From positions 10,604,001 through 10,668,000 of the forward strand of contig CM097885.1 in assembly GCA_044892525.1 (NCBI GenBank): a stretch of DNA of 64,000 nucleotides, written 5' to 3'. A program made the translations under genes and the position numbers. Source of the stretch: Schmidtea polychroa (Eukaryota). Below are positions 11,628 through 27,382 of the stretch, one piece after another (the stretch's first letter is position 1; every line of letters begins with the position of its first letter). The notes below the pieces were generated by a model that worked only from the letters and a program-made list of their open reading frames with translations, had not been told where the DNA came from and did no database searches.

Positions 11628-14600
11628 CTATATAATAAATAGATTCAATGAATGATTTGTCAGAAAATATATAAATAATTTCATGAAATTTCTTTTGTGT
11701 ATAAATAACCGTGCCTAAAGAACTTATATTGGGAAACTTTTAACTATCAATAATAACAAAATATTTGTATCAAAAGTTAACTCTTAGTAATATTGATGTT
11801 ATTGCAAAAATCAATAAATTTTATAATATAGGTAACACACCAACTTATCTGTGTATTGTACATTATATTACGCTCGATAACATATTTATTATAGTATTTT
11901 AACTTGGTCAAAGAAATAAAACTTCTCTCATCACAAAATTTCTATAATAAAAATGCTACAAAACTAGGAATAATACTAATTGCGTTCAATATCACCCAAT
12001 TAAGTTATTTTTTAATCATAAAAACTTTTCATTTACTAATAAATAATAAACTTAATTCATGTTTTCATGTAAAATGTCATACTTAAAAGGAATGTATAAA
12101 TAATTTTTATTAAAAATAATTAATTATCTGAAATTTAAGCGCAAAATCTTTACATCGAAATTAATTTAAATTAAATAAAAATTACAATGTAAGGTGGCTT
12201 GATAAAATGTCTTTAGACTTATAAATTAATTTCAGGTATGTAGTGTATGTCAATCTAATATACAGTGTAGAGACATACAATTAGTTTGAACAAAGAATTT
12301 ATTGTAATTAACATTGTTAAAGATCTTGACCATCATCAGAGATATCATTGTTAATAAAACGAAGGTTTCTGTTTCCTGCATTTCTGGCCTATTTGATTCA
12401 TTGATTTTGACTCGATTTGATGATTCTTCAACATTTTCAGTAACTTCTTCAGTTGATTCGATTTGTACAGTTTCTTCAACTTCTGCAACTTCTGCAACTG
12501 CTTCAACTCGTTCGACTTCAGTAACTTCGTTAGACATGTTTGAATTTGATGATTTTTTAAATTGAATTTGATGATGATTTTTGAAAAAAGTCAGAAGTAA
12601 AGGATTATTTAAACAATCGTTTTTAATTTTTTAATTTAATTTAATTAATATAATAATATATTTTTAGTTCAAATTTTAAATTGATAAAAGTGCCAGTCAG
12701 AGGCACTACATACAGTACGGAAATTATCACGTGGAACCGAAAGTACCATTTTCAAATTGAATCTATTAATTAGATTTGGGTAGAGATAACTTGATGTATG
12801 TATTTGTTGTCATTTATTATCTCTTGTTTTTGACTGTATGCTTTGAGTAGACTACACATTTTTCTGATTATAGAACATTGAATTTAGAAATGGCGTATCC
12901 TGATATGTATATTTGCATCACGAAATAAAGGTTCAAGTGGACATTATTATAGTAGGTGTAAAGTTTCTGAGAATTTTCGTTATAAAAAATAGGATTTTGT
13001 AGTAGATAAATTCATTTCTAAACAATCATAAAAGTTATTGGTGTTCATATATAACTCATTGTCCTAATTCGATGTCTTCAGTCCGAATTTAAATAAGTTT
13101 CCTAATTTTTTTATTTATTTTAGTGAATAAAAAGTAAATTTTGAATAGGCAAGCTATTTATCGCCTATTTTATTTAGTGTTCCCCAATGTGAAAACCGCT
13201 CGTTTTCCTTTTAATTCATTGCTGTTCACGTTTTAACACCAGTGAAATCTCATTAATTTTTTGCAATTGTGCACATTTTTGGCGCCCGTTCGAAAATATT
13301 CTGTAACATATACACTAACTTCTAATTGTTCCTATTTGTTAACGCTGGCTATAAATGGGTTATTACAAAAGACATATAGGTGACTTGCGTACGTTTGTAC
13401 TCATTAACTTAAACCTTCAGTGTTACATGACAGAAAATTAGAAGATATTTATTTAATTTTAATCATTATCTCAAGAGGCTCATATGAAACTGTTACAACA
13501 TGATTATTTATTTTGCATTATAATATTCTGGTGAATGTATTTATCCGCACCAAAGAATAAACAGCCCAAAATCTACGCCGTAACTGTATCCTTTGAAACC
13601 CCCAAAGCTTTCTAATGCTCTCTTAGATTTGAAAAAATATCCTATCTAGATAAATATTAAGTCATTACGGCCTATGGCTAAAGGAGAAATGTTCCTCATC
13701 CATTATCTTTTGTAATTACAATTTCCGATTACCTAATTAAAACTTTTGACTTGGTATAAAATTTCTCTCTCAATTTAAATATATTTTTGCGGAAATCTCT
13801 AAAAGACTCAAAGCAAAAATGCCGACATTTGCTTGAGTTATCAGAATCTCAGATAAAAGCCTTAGTCAAATGAAATTAATAAGGAAACATTTTATCAATG
13901 AGCAAAGATAGCTAAAATTTCAAATTGTCGGTCTCATTTCTCACACTCCATAAATTTATATTTTATGATAATATAAATATATTATTTATTAGCATTTAAG
14001 ATAAAAAAGAATTTTGAATGTTTTATTCCCTAGGGCTATTTAAAAGGCAACCAATGGAGGGGCCAAAAGGATGATGAAAAAATGCTTGTCCCAACCTTTA
14101 CGAGATCTTTGTCAACATGAAAATCAGGTCGTACATGCCTTGAGTATCTGGAAAATACAAAATTAAATACTCCTCGATTTCATCGGATTTATTTCATTTT
14201 GTTGAGTTTATTATTTGAGTATATTCTGACATTTTTTAGCTTTTCTATAGGTTTTTTGTTTTTTAATAAAGTCTTTTGATTTTAAAATAAATCTAATAAC
14301 CCTTAAGTTCTTGATCAGGATCAACTTAAAACCCCCATATCACTTTAATTTAAAATTCCAATTACCTTATTTTCCTAATAGCTCAGTTTTATATTGTTTT
14401 ATACTAGTCACTTATAAATGTTTAAATAATCTAAGTTAAAAAATTAATTGGACCACATGAATGAAGCACAATAACCAAATTGACAAATTCTATACCGAAT
14501 TATTTACAATGTCTTCCGGAAGAACATCAATATTAAATTTGCACATACACACAAAATTATTCGATAGACACACAATGAATAGACACACCAATTATCCTCT

Positions 14601-15399
14601 TTAATTCGCAACTGTTTGCAATGAATAAACGCATCTATTATACAAGTATGTGTGTATGCACCAATTATATATGACGCTTCATTTTTCATGAATTTATTTA
14701 TTTTAACCATTTAATTATTTATAATTAATTTTTACAGCATTTTAGGTATTTATTAATAAAAATTTGGATTTATTTCGATACAACTTCAGTTCTATTATTT
14801 TTAAAGTAATTAATTAACAAATATAACTTATTAATACCCAACGACATCTAATTTTCACACCATTATAGATAAATTGTTTAGCAATATTTCTAAATTTAGT
14901 TTAGTAAAATTTATGGGTTTCTAGTTATTTTCCCAACATCAACATTAGACAGCAAAGTTCATTGAGACATTTCAGGACAATGTGAAATTATATCTTACAA
15001 AATTATGTTATTATCTCTACAACTCAAAGTTGAGTTTTCGGAATTTTCGTAGAAATTCTTTGCGCAATTGTGTATTCAGTTTAATTTTTCTACCACTTTC
15101 TCACATTTTATATTAAATTCGTTTATTCATTGCAACAATAAAAATCAACACATACGTAAGTTTGTGTGTTTATATAATATAAACTTATAGGTGTGTCTAT
15201 TATTGTCAATCAAGCAAATCTGGATATGCAAGTTACGCAATCGCATAAAATCCCACGAGAAAAAGGATCTTCCCATTTGAATTCTCAAAATCTTTACTTG
15301 TTTCCGAAAATTGTATTAAATATTTGTTTTAAATCTCGGTAAATATATGACAAACAACAGTTTTGTGATAATAATTTAAATATTTAATTGATGTGGATC

Positions 15400-15900
15400 A
15401 AAATTCTATATTTATATGACTTCACTTAATATCCATTATACGGAGAACACAAGAAAACCTTCAATTATTTAAGTGCCATCCTCAAAGTGTTTTGCGGTGG
15501 TACCCAAAATCTAAATTTTAATAATTTGAGTTTGATTTCCATTACTTAAATGGAAATTTTACATTGCTCTTCCGTGTTTGTAGAGTACTGTCCATTGGCC
15601 TTTATTTGCTCAATATAAATCTCAAAATTTAAACAAAAATAATAATTATAAAATGTATAAAAAATATTTTTTATGATTTTTACAAAAGAAGAGAGAAAAA
15701 GAAAAGAGACCTAAAAAATAGAAAACTGATTGAATATTTTTTCTTGTATTTTAGTGCAAACGTTTAACTTTCATTATGGAATTTTGTTCCCACAAATTTT
15801 ATTAAATGAATCGGTCTGGTTCAATGTTGAATATGTAAACAGAAATTGGATCACATAATAAATATTTCATTAATAAAATATATTTCCTGTCAATCAACTG
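15400..15900 (-). mobile_element. Degraded Mutator-like (MULE) transposase remnant (tentative)
   Basis: Frameshifted traces of HL..NLW and N..GWH, resembling the MULE C-terminal motifs HxxQNLWR and RTNNxxEGWH. Confidence 0.25.
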
Positions 15901-17271
15901 CAAAATCACATTTTTTGCATTTTTCATTTTTTGTTGTAAATGTCTGTCAAATGAATAATTATATTTTTGGTATATATAATCCGATTTATTTCATCTCGGT
16001 TTGTTGATAAAATTCTAGATATCAGTAAAGTTTGAAGGGAAAATCTCCTTTTCAATATCCGAAACATCCGGTAAACATTTGTATTAGTTACAATATTGCA
16101 ACTGGATAATATTTGCATTCAATAATGTTAATATTAATTTCATATATAATTTATTTGTAATTATAATATAGATGAATTCTAATACAAAATGACTGCAATA
16201 CAAGTGTTGATTGGTGATTATTAAGCTGTCAATTACTGGTCTGACTCCGAGCGTGTTATTTGATAATGACAATGACAAATCACAACGACGTAAAACTTAA
16301 TTGATTATCACAATTGATTATAATGAATTTATCGATACCAATTTTCAACATACCTCAAATGTTTCAAGTGTTTATTACAACCAATCGGGAGTAATAACAC
16401 AACAATAATAATACTCTAAGAACACAACCACTTGACTACTACCGGTAATGGGTGATTTCTAAAATTGATCTGATTGCCTTTAACTTGATTTGAGTAATTC
16501 AATACGCAAGTTCCTTCCAACTGTTTCCTGATTCTCAACCATTTATTTTAAATCTGCTTATTAATTCAAATCTCTCGCCAATTTAGCTACTTTTTTCAAA
16601 TATTTCTCTCTACCATATTTTTTCTCGTCTCTGGTAGTTTGTGTTCAGTTTTCATACCTTGCTATTTGATGGCACTTATTGATAATTCATTGCTTTTTTC
16701 ACCTGTCCTATTGGCATTTCATAATCTTTGACAGCTGTCGAGATATATTTATTTTTTTTAACGATCCCATCTCTCGGATTTTCCAAATCCTTTTTTTCGT
16801 CATCTCGAATAGGCCAATTAGATAACAAGATAATTAAAAAGTTTGTTTTACTTTTTTTTCTTCTTTTGCACTTGTACTTGTTAATTAAGAATGACCTTCT
16901 TTTATTTAATTGTCTGTTTTTATTGAAATTCTTCTGTTCCCTTCCATTCCTATTTCACTGAGTTCCAGAACAAAACCCCATTCATTTATCATCAATTCCC
17001 CCCCAATCATTTTATGTTTTAATAATTATTTTTATTTTATTATTTAGGTATCCTCAGCACAAGTATAAATAGAGAAACGAGATAAAATAACTAAAATATT
17101 TATTGAAATGTATCATTTATTTCTATAAAATTAAAAATAGATGCTTATTTTTAAAATACTTAATTTCCAATATCTATTAAAAAATATCTATTAAGAAATA
17201 TAAATAAATTTAAAAATACTATATGACTTATTTAATATTTAATTAATTTTGCAGAAATAAATAATATAGTA

Positions 17272-20200
17272 CAGCGGTGTCCAACAGAAATTTGATTGTA
17301 GCCACAATCGTCAATTTAGAAATTTTCATTCGCCACATTAAAATAAATTTAAAACAAAATTTTTTATAATAGTTTTTTATTTTAATCAATTTTAGGAATT
17401 ACACAAGTTTTTTTAATAACATTAAACACAAAATACAAAAATTATTTAATGTGATGCTTGGCAATTTTTTTCTTGCACAATACCCTTGAAATCTGGTGTA
17501 AACCTCACGCTAACTGCACATTTTAATTCTGCCTCCAAATTTTCATCACTAATATTGGATCGGTATTTTGATTTTATGAAAGTTACAGCTGAAAAAGTAG
17601 ATTCGCAAACCCAAGTTGTTCCAAACATACTCAATAGCTTCGCAATAGCTGAGTTGAGAACCACAAACTCATTTGACTTTAAGAGGCGTGTCCACAACAT
17701 TAAAATAGATTCATCGTTTCTAGAATAATTGATCTGACTTTGAAGTAAAAGCATATCTGCTTCAAAATCACGTCGGTCCAAACAACTCAGAATTGGTGAT
17801 GTCAAAATGGAAAGGATCTTGCATCAGTTGAAAAGCAGGTCTAAATTTCTCAACATCAATAAAACGTTCTTCAAATTTTTCTTGTAGTTTCTGTAACCAT
17901 CCGACATAACGCTGTATATTAAAATTGGTACCTTCTTTATATTTTTCCATATTATCGAAATGCGTGAAATCATAATCTTTTAACTGTGTCACAAAAAGTT
18001 TTAATTTAGAGACAAATTCTAGTATATACTGTGCCAAATCACATATTAGCTTTCCTTTTCCTTGAAGTTTTAAATTTAATTCATTAATATGTAACGTTAT
18101 ATCAGTGAGAAAAATTAGATCGCATTGCCATTCCTTATTTTCTATTTCAGAAAAATTGATAAGCATTTCTTTTTCTTGAAGGAAATTTCGGATGGGATTT
18201 AATAATGATACAAATCGTTCCAAAACTTTACCACGACTTAACCACCGAACATTTGTAAAAAATAGCAGATCTTTAAATTCAGTGCCCTCAATTTCCTTTA
18301 AAAGCTCCAGAAACTGACGATGGTTTGTAGCACTACTACGAATATAATTAACAACTTTAACAACTAAATCCATCATATTTTTCAAAATGTCTGTTCCAGA
18401 TAATTGAGCACATATATTTTCCACATGTATCATGCAGTGGAAAGAAGCGACCAAGCATACGTGTGTTTGTTGTTTCAAAATACCGACAAATCCAGATTTT
18501 TGTCCAAGCATCGCTGGAGCACCATCTGTTGTGACAGAAACTAATTTCGTCATATCTAATTGAAAGTCTTCAGCGACACTTTTGAAAATTTCAAAAATAT
18601 CTACGCCTCTAGTACGGTCTTTCATTCCACGGATTGTCAACATTTCTTCATATATTTCCAAGTCTTTTGAAACCAGGCGTATCCAAAAAATTAACTGAGC
18701 AGTGTCTCGGATGTCACATGACTCGTCTAATGCTAAAGAAAAACATATACAACTTTTCAAATGTTGGAGCAATTGCTTATTGATGTTTTTCATCAAATCT
18801 TGCATTCTACGAGCAATAGTTTGGTGACTCAATTGCATGTTTTCTATTTTTTGCATTATATCTTTCTTCAAAGGTTCTTCATAATTTTCAAGTAAAATTT
18901 CCATAATAGACAGGACAATCTCTTTGATTAGTTCTCCATCCGAAAAAGGTTTTCTTTTTTGAGCTAAAATCCAAGCCGTTTTGTAGCTAGCCAAAGTAAT
19001 AAGTTCGGATGTAGTTAAAAACCGTTTAAAAAAAGATTGCTGTCCTTCTAATTTTGACTTTAAGCGAGTTATTTCATTCGTTCTAACTTGCTTGCCGACA
19101 GGAAACTTACAATCAAATTCACTATGCATTTGTTGATAATGCTTTTTATGCTGTCCACTTTATTGTCATTAAAAGTTTTGTTACACAATATACATACAGT
19201 TTTTTGGTTTTGTTCCATTACAGCAAATTCTAGTTCCCATTTACCATTAAATTTGCGGCAAACCTATTTCCAATCTCTTTTTTTGGGTTCTAATTGAGTT
19301 GAACCAGTTGCTTCTTCTTGCCTAGCTGAACTATCAGTATCGGAATGTCGTTTTAAATATTTATCCATTTTTTACGGTGAAATAATTTTAATATAATTTC
19401 AAAAGAATAATATGTAATATTTAAAGTCGCACGTTAGTTGTTTATTTAACAAAAACAAACATGAGACTAATACATGGGATTCATACAACGGGAAAACAAA
19501 CCAAAAAAACGCCTACGTTGATGAAAATGTCATTTGTTTTTAAATTTTAAAAAAGCGTTTTCACAAATAGATAAAGTGTAATCACAAATAGATAAGAAGC
19601 ACATTTTGGCATAAAAATTTTTTTTTTGTTTTCTTCTGTTTACTACTTGTAACAAAATTATAATAAATTAGGAATTAACTTAAACAATAATAAATATGAA
19701 TGATAGTGCAGATATTTAAAACATCCTACTGTCTCACTATGTGTACGTACGTAATGTTAGTTGGAACATAGTGCATTGGTTGGAAAAAGCAGTCTATATA
19801 TAAATTTACAGAAAAGTACTGCTGTCTACATCTATTACATTCATAACGCTAACATAGTGTTTTTCGGTATACGACAGGTATACGGTTACTGACTGAGTTG
19901 CTACATAGTATAATGAGAGGAAAGAGGTAGATTAATATATTTTTTGTAGAATGTAGAGCTATCTCCTTTTTTTTCATTGTAACCAAATTGTAAACTACAG
20001 CAATGCAGGTAAATAACAATAATAATCATTTAAATTACTTTAGTTTATTTGAAAACACCTAAATTAATTAAAAACGAAATTTTAGTTCTTAATAAACAAT
20101 CACATGACACTATGTGTACGTAAATTTGACACACCGGGATCTGCCATGAGCATTTCTTAGCATGTAAGATTACAAAATAAAAATTTGTCGTTGTTTATGT

Positions 20201-20330
20201 TTTGGTTACAACTTTGTATTATGGATAGAATTGAAGTATTAAATAAAACATAAAAAAAATGCTACATTCGCCACAAGCACATAGCCCACTCGCCACATGT
20301 GGTGAGTGGCGACTGTGTTGGACATCACTG
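17272..20330 (-). mobile_element. Full-length hAT DNA transposon (Buster/SPIN/GTF2IRD2-like), in netrin intron 1
   Basis: TIRs CAGCGGTGTCCAACA (17272-17286) and CAGTGATGTCCAACA (reverse complement of 20316-20330), 13/15; 8-bp TSD ATATAGTA / ATTTAGAA (6/8, central TA); subterminal GCCACA repeats. Confidence 0.92.
17446..19368 (-). pseudogene. hAT transposase pseudogene
   Basis: ATG at 19368; BED finger CILC...H...H; LDESCD, TDGAPAM, CMIH, RWLSRG and CESTFS motifs. One in-frame TAG near 19265 and frameshifts near 19145 and 17790. Confidence 0.92.
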
Positions 20331-20662
20331 ATTTAGAACGTTTATGCAAGATGGAACAATTCAAGCATGAATTTAGCAACATAAAAATTATATCACAATT
20401 TTTATAATTCTTTTTAAATATTTTTTAAATAATTTATTCAAATTCTAAAACTTTTTAATTAATTTTTAAAATGAAATTGGAACTCTTAAAGATTTGCAGC
20501 GAACCGAAGAAGACAATTTTTAGGATTTAATAGACGTGTCAATCATTTTATAAACCTCATGCAAAGGATCAATTTGTCAGAAATAGGATGCTACAATTTC
20601 GAAAGTCTTGCAAATTGAAAATTAAGAATTGTTATTCTATGACATAATGAACACTATTAAAG

Positions 20663-21432
20663 TGTTGGGTAATTATTTATTAAATTCGGCTCTGATTCTG
20701 ACTCATCGTGCTCTTTATTTCAATTGATAAAATAATACCCAGCACATGATAATTTATTGAAACTCATTCAAAACTTATACAATATTGTTAATCGCACTTT
20801 TAATCTGCACTTTTATGACGAAAACCTCAGGGTAAGAATCTCAATGGGAAACTGCCTTTATTTATCTACTAACTTTTTGTTTGTTTATTTGGTTGTGACT
20901 TTGAGTTAGAATCTGCTTTGCTCTCCTTGTTTGTTGTTAATTTTGTTCATCGACCAACTGACAATTGGTTGTTAGTGGCGTTCCTTTTTATACGTTTCTC
21001 TCTTTCAAATAATTCAATTAACCAATTTCAAAACAATTTCATTAGAAGTATTTTCCTAACAAAATAATTAAGCAGGTGACATTTCGTCAACAGGCTCTCT
21101 GTATAATTTAATCTTGGAGGAAACTAATTATTTTATTTGGACAATTATTGCTTTGGGTTTTCCACATAATATTTATTTATTTGTTTTTAATTAGTTTGTA
21201 TATTTTGAATATCTTTTTTTGGCTATCTGTATTGATTTTACATTATATCTGTATTTGTCTCATCATTTGCCATCTATAAATACCCGTTTCCAGGGGAGAA
21301 TCAATTTTTAATTTTTCCAAATTTTTAATTAATTTAATAATTTTATACTTTTCTAAGTTTTGCATTTTATAGATTTGCGCATTTCTTTGAACATCCAAAA
21401 TTCTTTTGAGTTACTTTATACGACCTCCAACA
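20663..21432. mobile_element. Solo LTR, 770 bp
   Basis: TGTTGG...CCAACA termini with perfect 4-bp TSD AAAG; left part resembles the next two solo LTRs. Confidence 0.8.
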
Positions 21433-21827
21433 AAAGAAATGAAGGTTCAGAAAAACGTACAGATAATGTGGACAATTATTTCAAACATTAATGGTCACTA
21501 TTTATCACTAATAATTTATGATTTAAAAAAAATTATTTTCCCAAATAAATAAATTTGTTGTTTTATCTTATTAGATTAAACAATTTCTATTTGTCATTCA
21601 ATTTCTACCAATCAAATTGTGATTTATTTATGTCTTGCTAAATAAAATGTATTTCTTTAGCTTTTTAATAAAATTTAATTGGTTTTATTATTGTTAATAT
21701 AATTTTTAAGCTTTGTGAGAATCCGGGAATCTGAGATATGAAATTTTTGGAAAATCAGAAACCCTAGTTAGAAGGGAATGTTTGTTTTACTTCTCAATTT
21801 GATTTAGAAACTTCAATTATACCATTT

Positions 21828-22566
21828 TGTTGAGTTTTATTTTTGAAATCGGTTCCCACTGACTCCTTTTGTTCTTATTTAAACAAATAAATCGAAACCC
21901 AACACAGAATAACTTTATTTACTTTCAATCAAATTACAATTTGTCACTACATTCTCACCTTTTGCTCAATATAAATATTACTCGTCAAGTAGATAACCCG
22001 AGGGCCAATCACCTTTTCTGGTACGAGGATTAAACTTTTTCCAATTACGATATTTCGTTCTTTGATCTGTGATCGCCTGATTTTTGTCTATTTTTGAACT
22101 CACTTTTTATACTGTTTGCGAGGGCAATTATTTACAGAATTGCAATTAATTATCTTCAGGCAATTCTAGGTAAACATTTGAGGGTTTCCAATTATTTTAA
22201 TTTGTTGATCCTAGATTGGCACTCGGAATATTCCCTCTCTTATCTGATCGATCAGGTCTCACTGCTCATTGGGTTTTCTTCAGTGCTCGAGCTTCCCATG
22301 GGCTCGGGCTTCTCATTGGCTCGGGCTTTCCATTACAGATTAATTAATTATAATTAATTTGTTTTTTTGCATAATAAATTTGTTTTTTTTCTGTGAACCC
22401 TTTATTAAATTTTCATTATAATTTCTGAACCATACCCGATGCCGATGTTTAATATTTTTGATTTTAAATAAGTTTTAATTAATTTTGCACTTTTATTGAT
22501 TTTACCAATATTTGTTATGTCTTCCTTTTATATATAATTTTTTTGGCTTTAGTACTAACCCCAACA
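21828..22566. mobile_element. Solo LTR, 739 bp
   Basis: TGTTG...CAACA termini, TSD ATTT; homologous along its length to 23093-23735. Confidence 0.88.
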
Positions 22567-23092
22567 ATTTTGATTAAATGAACATCTGGTTTTAAATATT
22601 ATATATAGAAATCTAACTGATTTAGGGATGTGAAAAAAATATTATAAGGATGTATAAAATATTATTCCTTAAACTAAATGGTAATCCAGCTACATTCTGA
22701 AAGGGCTTAGATGAAACGTACCGAAAATTATTTTTTTTATGATAAATTTTTATTATTCTGGTATAAAAGTATGGAAAGGAGTTATTTGATGATTATAACG
22801 CGCCACACTTCTGGGAAACCGATGTATAGGGCTCAATTTACAAAATAATCAAAGTATTGTTAATTTTAAATAAAGAGGCTAGTAGACCGACTTTATAACA
22901 TACACATTAATTTTTTTGTAACTAAAATTTATACCATATTTTTAAAATTTTTAAACATCTTGTGATCAAGACTCAATAAGGGTTCGAACCACTAGGAAAT
23001 GGTAGTGAATTTATTGATCACCTTTATACAGTTTTTTCTCCTTACCGTTTTCAAGAAATTTTGTAAAAAATTGAGTTGTTTTAGAATAAATA

Positions 23093-23735
23093 TGTTGGGT
23101 TCTGTCTTTGACTCCTCGTGTTGTTATTCAAACAAATAAGTCGAAACCCAACACAGAATAATTTTATTAAATTTAAATAAAATTACAATTTGTCACTATT
23201 TGCACCTTTCCCATTGATTTTCTGAATTTCTCCTTTCTTTCTTCGACCAACTGGTGGCTTGTCTGTTTTTGAGCTCCCTTTTTTGTACTGTTTCTGAAAT
23301 GGCAATTATCTACAGAATTTCAATTAATTATTTTCCGGGAATCCTAGGTAAACATTTTAGGATTTCCAAATTGTTTTAATTTGTTTATCCAAGATTGGGG
23401 CTCAAAATATTCTCTCTCTTATCTGATCAATCGGGCCTCACTGAGCATCGGGTTTCCTTCAATGCTCATGTTACCTATGGGCTCAGGCTTCCCATTCGCT
23501 CGGAAGCGAATTAATTAAGAGTATTAATTTTCCCTGTGAATCCCTTATTAAATTTCCATTATAATTTCTGAACTCGTCTATCAATTTCGTGTTTAACCAT
23601 ATTCATTACCCCGTTTAATATTGAATTTTTATTTTTTGTAAGTTGTGATTAATTTTGCACTTTTATTAATTTTACCATTATTTGTATTGCCTTCCTTATA
23701 TATAAATTTTTCTGGCTTTTGTACTAACCCCAACA
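23093..23735. mobile_element. Solo LTR, 643 bp
   Basis: TGTTGGG...CCCAACA termini, TSD AATA. Confidence 0.88.
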
Positions 23736-24318
23736 AATATGAACTAAATAAACTTTCATTCTTTTAATATATTTCATACAGTTTGTATGGATTGAAAGTG
23801 AATATTTGTGAAAGATTATTATTTGTTGGCATTGAAATTATTTTCATTACATATTTACAATGTCCTAGCGCCATACGTACACTCCGCTCACTGAAGGCCA
23901 ACTAAATTATCAACTTGTGACCTGGGTTATAAATTAATATTATAGAAGAGCATTCTTAATCCAAGAATAATAATTATTCATGAAATGTGCTAATTTATTC
24001 CTCTACTTCAGTATATGAAAATAATTTAAGAAATTTTTGTGACAAAATTAATAATCAAAAATATATTATGTATGAATAATGCAATATTTAAATTATTTTT
24101 ATTTTATCTTTAATTAATTATTTAATTTAGAAATATTTTTTAACATGAAAAATTTTAAAAGCAAATATTTAGCTGACATCGAATTCTTATTTTAATTATT
24201 TTAATCTACAGGAAATATAATCACACTCTATTTTACTTAATGTTTTCTTATATATTTTTTAAATGACTCTTCCCTCAAAATTTAAATAGATTACATTAAT
24301 TTATTACTAGAATTAGGC

Positions 24319-24920
<602 letters not shown>

Positions 24921-24985
24921 ATTTTAAATATATTTGAAATTTTATTATATATTAAAATAGTAAAAATAATTAAATCAATTCCTAC

Positions 24986-25925
24986 TTTTGCACTGAGCTG
25001 GAGAGTTTACTGTTGCTCTTGCCCAAGGTAGATCTAAATAATTTTGTTTGCATCTTTCACAGTCTTGACCTTCAGTGTTATGCTGACAAACGCATTCAAT
25101 ATTGTTCGTTATAGAATTTTTATTGCAAGCATTTGCATGGCCATTACATTTGCATCGTCCGCCTATTGAAATGTCGGAAATTGACAAGATTTTTTTCGGA
25201 GAATTTCTGGCGAATCGGAAAATATTCGTCTTGTTCTGTTTCGGATTGTCGAATTTGAACAACGTGATACGAATATCAGACGCACTCATCCAGTCGATCA
25301 AACTGGAATCGCCAACGTTTTCATAAGCACCTTCTAAAACCGTATTGAAAGCCACAACCGGCTCATTGTCGGTTAGAGACAATTTTAACGGAAAACATCG
25401 AGCAGCTTGTTCTCTGCGGCGAATCTGAAAATCATTGAACTGTAAACTGGGAATTGTCGTTTCTTTCATATTGAACATTGATAAACAGTTCGTTGCAAGG
25501 TAATGCCAAGGTGTCCAAGTGATTCCGAAATTGTTGCTTTTATAAAAGGCAATGGCATTGGGAATTCCAGATTCACATGGAGTCAAAGAGATGTAGTAGA
25601 TTTCAAATCTCTTTGCAAATGAAAACGTAATATTTACATGATTCGCTTGTAACGGAACCGACTTCCAGCAGGTTTGATTGTGGGTTAAATGGTAATCTGT
25701 GATTAAATTATCCTTTGGAGATGTTATGTGACAGACTTCCTTCTTTCTACATAAAGTTTCGATCTTTGGAATCATGTTCTCCACAGTGTTTGTGAATGGA
25801 GGCATGCACTGATATGCCGATCCGTGAGCATAGCATGGACTGGGAGTCAAATTATTCATGTGTAACTGCGATAACACAAATTTGTAAAACATCGAAAAAT
25901 AAATTGTGAAAATATATCTGCACAT
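24986..25925 (-). CDS. netrin: Netrin coding exon 1 (signal peptide, laminin N-terminal domain, EGF repeat 1)
   Basis: MCRYIFTIYFSMFYKFVLSQ signal-like start; CMPPFTN, TCWKS, YKSNNFGITWTPWHY, DWMSASDIRI, GGRCKCNGHA..., PWARAT; GT donor at 24985. The upstream part of ORF 24975-26093 is probably UTR. Confidence 0.92.
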
Positions 25926-26458
25926 TTTTCTAGTGAGCTTTTCACTTCGTTTTTTATATTGATTTTTTTTCTTTTTGATATCAATTAAAAAGAAAGTGAA
26001 TCTCTGTTTTGTGTCCGTTGGATACTGTGGCGGAGAAAGAATTTTTCGTTTTTTTTGTAATGCAAAAATGGTATTCTTCAAATCAATCAGCACTCCATCT
26101 CGCGTGTAAATGAAAACGAAAATCTAATTAAATCTCAAACATCCGATAGAAGTGTTTGTCCAAAAAAAAAGAAAATTAGCTATTTTGTGCATATTTACAA
26201 GCTGGAATCGTAAGATTTTTTTATTCTCTCTATCCGACTGGCGGCCAGTTTTCGAAGTAATTAATTTTTCATCAAATTACAATAACAAATGACATGACAT
26301 GATGTGACAAATGATTCGGATTTGTCAACGAAATAAAGTTTGACAGGTCTACAACAGTATTATAAAATATAATCTTTTAGCAAGTGTTTCCGTATGATGA
26401 CCATTTTCAATATGATTCAATATTCAAGGAAATGATATAAACATATGCATAAATTTAA

Positions 26459-26620
<162 letters not shown>

Positions 26621-27382
26621 GCAATAAATAATCATTAGATCTTGAAACTCTTGTAAGCCTTAAATTTTATTTAAAGAGAATTTTCGATTATAAAATAATC
26701 CTTTTCAATCTATTACGAATCAATAATAATATTTGAACAAATAAAATTAAAATTTATCAAAAAATCATTTTATTAATCTTACGACTGTGTTTAGGGTTCA
26801 AAATTACCCCAGAGGTAAAATTTGAAAAAAATTGTGGAAAAATCCATCAAAAACATTTGGCCTTACATAAATGGTTTTGTAATGTTTATACAAGTTTGTC
26901 ATTTGTAGGAATATATTAGTTACAAAATTCCCAGTTATGCCAAAACTGACGTAATCTCACGTAATGACCCCAAAGAAGAAAAATTGGTTTTTTATACACC
27001 TTTATCTTAATGCGTTGATTTTTGGGTTTGTTTATACGTATTATACATTCAATAATTTGTTTATTTTTGGTCATTTCCTATTTTGATGAGTTTTTATAGT
27101 AGATTTTGAATTTTTTTATTGTTTGTTTAATCTGTATGTGAATTGAAATAAAGGCAGACATGCAGTAAAATATTTATTTTTAATTTTTAGCAAAATATTA
27201 TTATTATAGGAATTTTTTTTTTATTATAGGAATTGAGAAAGTGACAGAAAAATTATTTTACATACAAACACAGCACACATAATATAAAATACACGCAAAT
27301 TTAATATAGCTTTTTTTATTCCGAAAGTAGAGAGTCATTAACATACTGTTAACATATCATTAATTTAAAATTAATAAAATTC

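Noticed and set aside
12250..12565. Glu/Val-rich ORF and its antisense Ser/Thr-rich ORF
   Set aside because: Low-complexity 9-bp repeats with no recognisable domain; possibly a TE fragment, but not supportable.
21828..23735. Two related LTRs as the ends of one TRIM or deleted provirus
   Set aside because: Each LTR has its own distinct TSD, they are clearly diverged, and no PBS or PPT lies between them.
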